From a virus (Duplodnaviria; Caudoviricetes), in the IMG/VR virus record IMGVR_UViG_3300020044_011154, positions 1-27,980 of that record: a stretch of DNA of 27,980 bases, one strand, 5' to 3'. Of the stretch, positions 25,746 through 27,980 are shown piece by piece. The position numbers were made by a program, and so were the translations under genes. Every line of letters starts with the position of its first letter. Position 1 is the stretch's first letter. Below the pieces are notes generated by a model. The model searched no databases, had not been told where the DNA came from, and saw nothing but the letters and a program-made list of their open reading frames with translations.

Positions 25746-26505
25746 TGACGAGTCCTTTCAGGGTTCCGATAAGCTGCCAACGACTTGCCGTCGTGTACTG
25801 AAAAACGTATTGTGTGTACGTACCCGCAGTGAGATCCGGGTCCTGGTCGGTGACACCGTCGAAGATTGCGCCGAAGGTGAGTGTAGAGCCGCCGCTGACC
25901 CCCTGATTGTGTTTGTACGTCAGGACAATACCGGGGACAATGACTCCGCCAGTATAAATGGGCGTCGACAGCATAACTGGAAGGCCGTTCGGTTCGCACT
26001 CTTGGGAAAGCGCGTCCGCAAGGTCTAAGGTGAGTGTCGAATCGTAATCGACGACATAGTAGCCGCCGTTGTAGTAGATTGGCATGTTTGTAGTAACCGT
26101 CGGGCCGGAATTTGGAACCGGCGGGATAAGGCCGACTGCGGGCGTCGGGAGAGTTAGGGAAGGTGGCGTGCAGGTTGCCGAGGAAACGGTGAAGAAACCC
26201 GTCGGCCCCGCGATTTGTTGCCCGGTGGAGTCGTAGTACCAAGCGACGTAGCGCGAGTTCGGCGGTTCAATATCGGCGTTGTAGCAAATCGACTCCGCGG
26301 TGTGGAAAGAGCCGTTGATAATCGGCACTTTGAGGAAAGTGGGAATCGCCACATCTGGGTAAGTCGCGGCGTAGTAGCCAAGTTGATAACCCGTCGGTAA
26401 GACTAAACCGACGAGCAAAAACCCCGTCAAAGCCGACCCATCGTCCCATGTCACCGACACGGACGGATCGAATCTAGCAAACCGAGGTAGTTGAGGGGAC
26501 GCCAT
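25738..26505 (-). CDS. Putative fibre/adaptor virion protein, 255 aa, no signal peptide
   Basis: Two beta-rich domains joined by a Pro/Thr linker; C-terminal Q..SGG.TLTF...F.Y....W fibre-type domain; ATG 26505 follows TACAAT. Confidence 0.6.
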   Translation of the reverse strand: MASPQLPRFARFDPSVSVTWDDGSALTGFLLVGLVLPTGYQLGYYAATYPDVAIPTFLKVPIINGSFHTAESICYNADIEPPNSRYVAWYYDSTGQQIAGPTGFFTVSSATCTPPSLTLPTPAVGLIPPVPNSGPTVTTNMPIYYNGGYYVVDYDSTLTLDLADALSQECEPNGLPVMLSTPIYTGGVIVPGIVLTYKHNQGVSGGSTLTFGAIFDGVTDQDPDLTAGTYTQYVFQYTTASRWQLIGTLKGLVNA

Positions 26506-26527
26506 TACGCTACTATTGTAGCGGGCC

Positions 26528-26558
26528 AAAAGAAGACCCCGGTTTTTACGCCGGGGTC
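26528..26558 (-). terminator. Intrinsic terminator downstream of the capsid gene
   Basis: Minus strand GACCCCGG-CGTAAAAA-CCGGGGTC-TTCTTTT. Confidence 0.8.
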
Positions 26559-26690
26559 GGTTGGTGGGTTTAGTGTAATCCCGGCATCGGACACCGGGAC
26601 TTAGCGAGGTGACCCCGGCGGCTGGCTAGAATAGGGGCTGACCGGGCGGGGTTATTTTTAGGGTAGCATGGGGTTTTTCTAAGAAACGAC

Positions 26691-26719
26691 TTGCTTATTA
26701 AAGAGGGCTCATGTATAAT
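26691..26719 (+). promoter_or_regulatory. Sigma70-type promoter of the antisense HNH gene
   Basis: TTGCTT (26691-26696), 17-nt spacer, TATAAT (26714-26719); in-frame GTG 7 nt downstream. Confidence 0.75.
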
Positions 26720-26726
26720 CAGAAGC

Positions 26727-27449
26727 GTGGGATCTAAATACATCCAAAAGCAATGTGAATTTTGTGGCAAGGACATGCCGATCAACTACAACCAGAAGCC
26801 TTCAGTCGCAAACCAGCGTCGTTTCTGCGCCCAGGCGTGCAGTGTGAGTTTTCGCCACTTGTCGTGGAAGGAGCAGGGAAAGGAGACGCCGCGGGGGTGG
26901 AAGCGTTTTGGCCCCGACGGAGGTAAAATCGTCCGGTCCTTTATCGGCGAGCGGGCTCGGGCGAAATACGAGGCAAATCCTAAGATTTGTCGAGGTTGCG
27001 GCATTCCGATTCCACTTCCGGCGTCTGGACGCCCGTGTGATTTAGAGAAAACCACACACTGTTCGCCGGAATGCTCGAAGGCGCATCGTAAGCGGCGGAC
27101 GTTCTGGGGCGAGGATAAGCTACCACCGACCCTGTTCGTTTCAACGATTCCTTTCAAGAAAAAAGGCGAGGTAAAGGTCCAGGATCTCCGTCAGCATGCG
27201 AAGAAGGTGTACCGCAGTTATTCGACGGAGCAGAAGTGCGAACTCTGCGGTATCGAATTGCCCTACTTACCAGAAGTCGCCCACATTAAGCCGGTAGCCG
27301 CCTGGGTCAACGACGACATTCTTCTGGAGATCAACCAGCTTTCTAATCTCATCGGTTTGTGCCCGTCGGATCATAAGTCTTTCGATCTGGGACACATCCC
27401 GCTTGAACGGATAAAAGAAAAGGTCGCGATCCGAAGACCACGACCTTAG
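26727..27449 (+). CDS. HNH endonuclease with two N-terminal zinc-finger repeats, antisense to the structural operon
   Basis: CEFC..FCAQAC and CRGC..HCSPEC; CELCG...EVAHIKP...NQLSNLIGLCPSDHKSFD. Start moved to GTG 26727 because TTG 26691 is the -35 box. Confidence 0.85.
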   Translation: MGSKYIQKQCEFCGKDMPINYNQKPSVANQRRFCAQACSVSFRHLSWKEQGKETPRGWKRFGPDGGKIVRSFIGERARAKYEANPKICRGCGIPIPLPASGRPCDLEKTTHCSPECSKAHRKRRTFWGEDKLPPTLFVSTIPFKKKGEVKVQDLRQHAKKVYRSYSTEQKCELCGIELPYLPEVAHIKPVAAWVNDDILLEINQLSNLIGLCPSDHKSFDLGHIPLERIKEKVAIRRPRP

Positions 27450-27471
27450 CCTTTTGCGAATTGGCGGACGT

Positions 27472-27978
27472 CTAAGCTATCGAACTCTGGGCATCAATCG
27501 TGCGGAACCTGAAATTTCCACCAATCCCGACCGACCCGTCGATCACAACTGCCGTATAGGTGAAACGGTAACTTACAGCCCCACCAATTTGCCCCTCAGG
27601 ATCTGGAATGCTAGGCACTCCGCCGCGGACCACTCGGACGTTGAAGCCCTGTTTCGTGGGGTCAGTGACCTTGGAGGGCACGGAGCCTTCGAGGGACGTA
27701 CAGGCGATGCCGCCCTTACCGAAGACGTAGGTGCGGTAGCTCGCCGGGGAGCCTGAGGAGTAGACGTTCGTCGACTCGATGATCTTCGAGCCAGCCACCT
27801 GGGCAAACTGGCCGCGGTCCTGGCGGTTAACCAGATTGGCCTTGTCCGGGTTGGTGTACTTGAAGATGTCCGCCAGACCGTTAGCCGCCGGGTCGTTAGC
27901 GAGGTCGTAGGAGTTGTACGGCGAGGTGACCACCAAGGACTGACCGTCCTCGAACGGCTCGACGCGGAGACCCTGGAG
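27472..27978 (-). CDS. Major capsid protein, C-terminal part (N4-gp56-like, HK97 fold); runs off the window
   Basis: Frame open to the edge: LQGLRVEPFEDGQSLVVTSPY.SYDL.ND...DIFKY...G..AG.KIIEST...YRTYVFG...DPEGQIGGAVSY.F. Confidence 0.75.
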   Translation of the reverse strand, partial: LQGLRVEPFEDGQSLVVTSPYNSYDLANDPAANGLADIFKYTNPDKANLVNRQDRGQFAQVAGSKIIESTNVYSSGSPASYRTYVFGKGGIACTSLEGSVPSKVTDPTKQGFNVRVVRGGVPSIPDPEGQIGGAVSYRFTYTAVVIDGSVGIGGNFRFRTIDAQSSIA

Positions 27979-27980
27979 GC

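Noticed and set aside
8673-26449. Numerous 60-190-aa antisense or out-of-frame ORFs within the structural arm
   Set aside because: They lie within longer coupled genes and are expected by chance in GC-rich coding DNA.
1-27980. CRISPR array, tRNA/rRNA genes, integrase/att site, tail sheath or tape measure
   Set aside because: No regularly spaced repeats, cloverleaf sequences or such genes were seen; intergenic gaps are short.

Overview
This window is a 28-kb piece of a dsDNA tailed-phage genome with two convergent arms. The + arm (97-7882) carries replication and nucleotide genes: a degenerate family-4 UDG-like protein abutting in frame a family-A DNA polymerase with a 306-aa LAGLIDADG intein, two tiny membrane peptides, a metallophosphoesterase, two HNH endonucleases, a DUF1599/Nmad1-like protein and a RepA-type helicase. 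The - arm (27980-7851) carries morphogenesis and lysis genes: the C-terminus of an N4-gp56-like major capsid protein (with an antisense HNH gene after it), a fibre/adaptor protein, two paralogous beta-helix tailspikes, a holin-like protein, an M15 peptidase endolysin, two paralogous adaptor/ring proteins, a nozzle-like protein, an FN3 protein and three ejection-type proteins. This gene order is podovirus-like. The strongest signal is that both tailspike paralogues start with 16-aa Sec/SPase-I-type signal peptides and share five positionally conserved cysteine pairs. That suggests receptor-binding proteins that are exported and oxidatively folded outside the cytoplasm. Other signals include a Gln-terminated intein, a possible terminator/antiterminator switch after the capsid gene, leaderless-type promoters, an RBS-sequestering hairpin, two-period repeats in an ejection protein and a recurrent 10-bp palindrome. 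All family calls come from motif recognition by eye; no database search was run.
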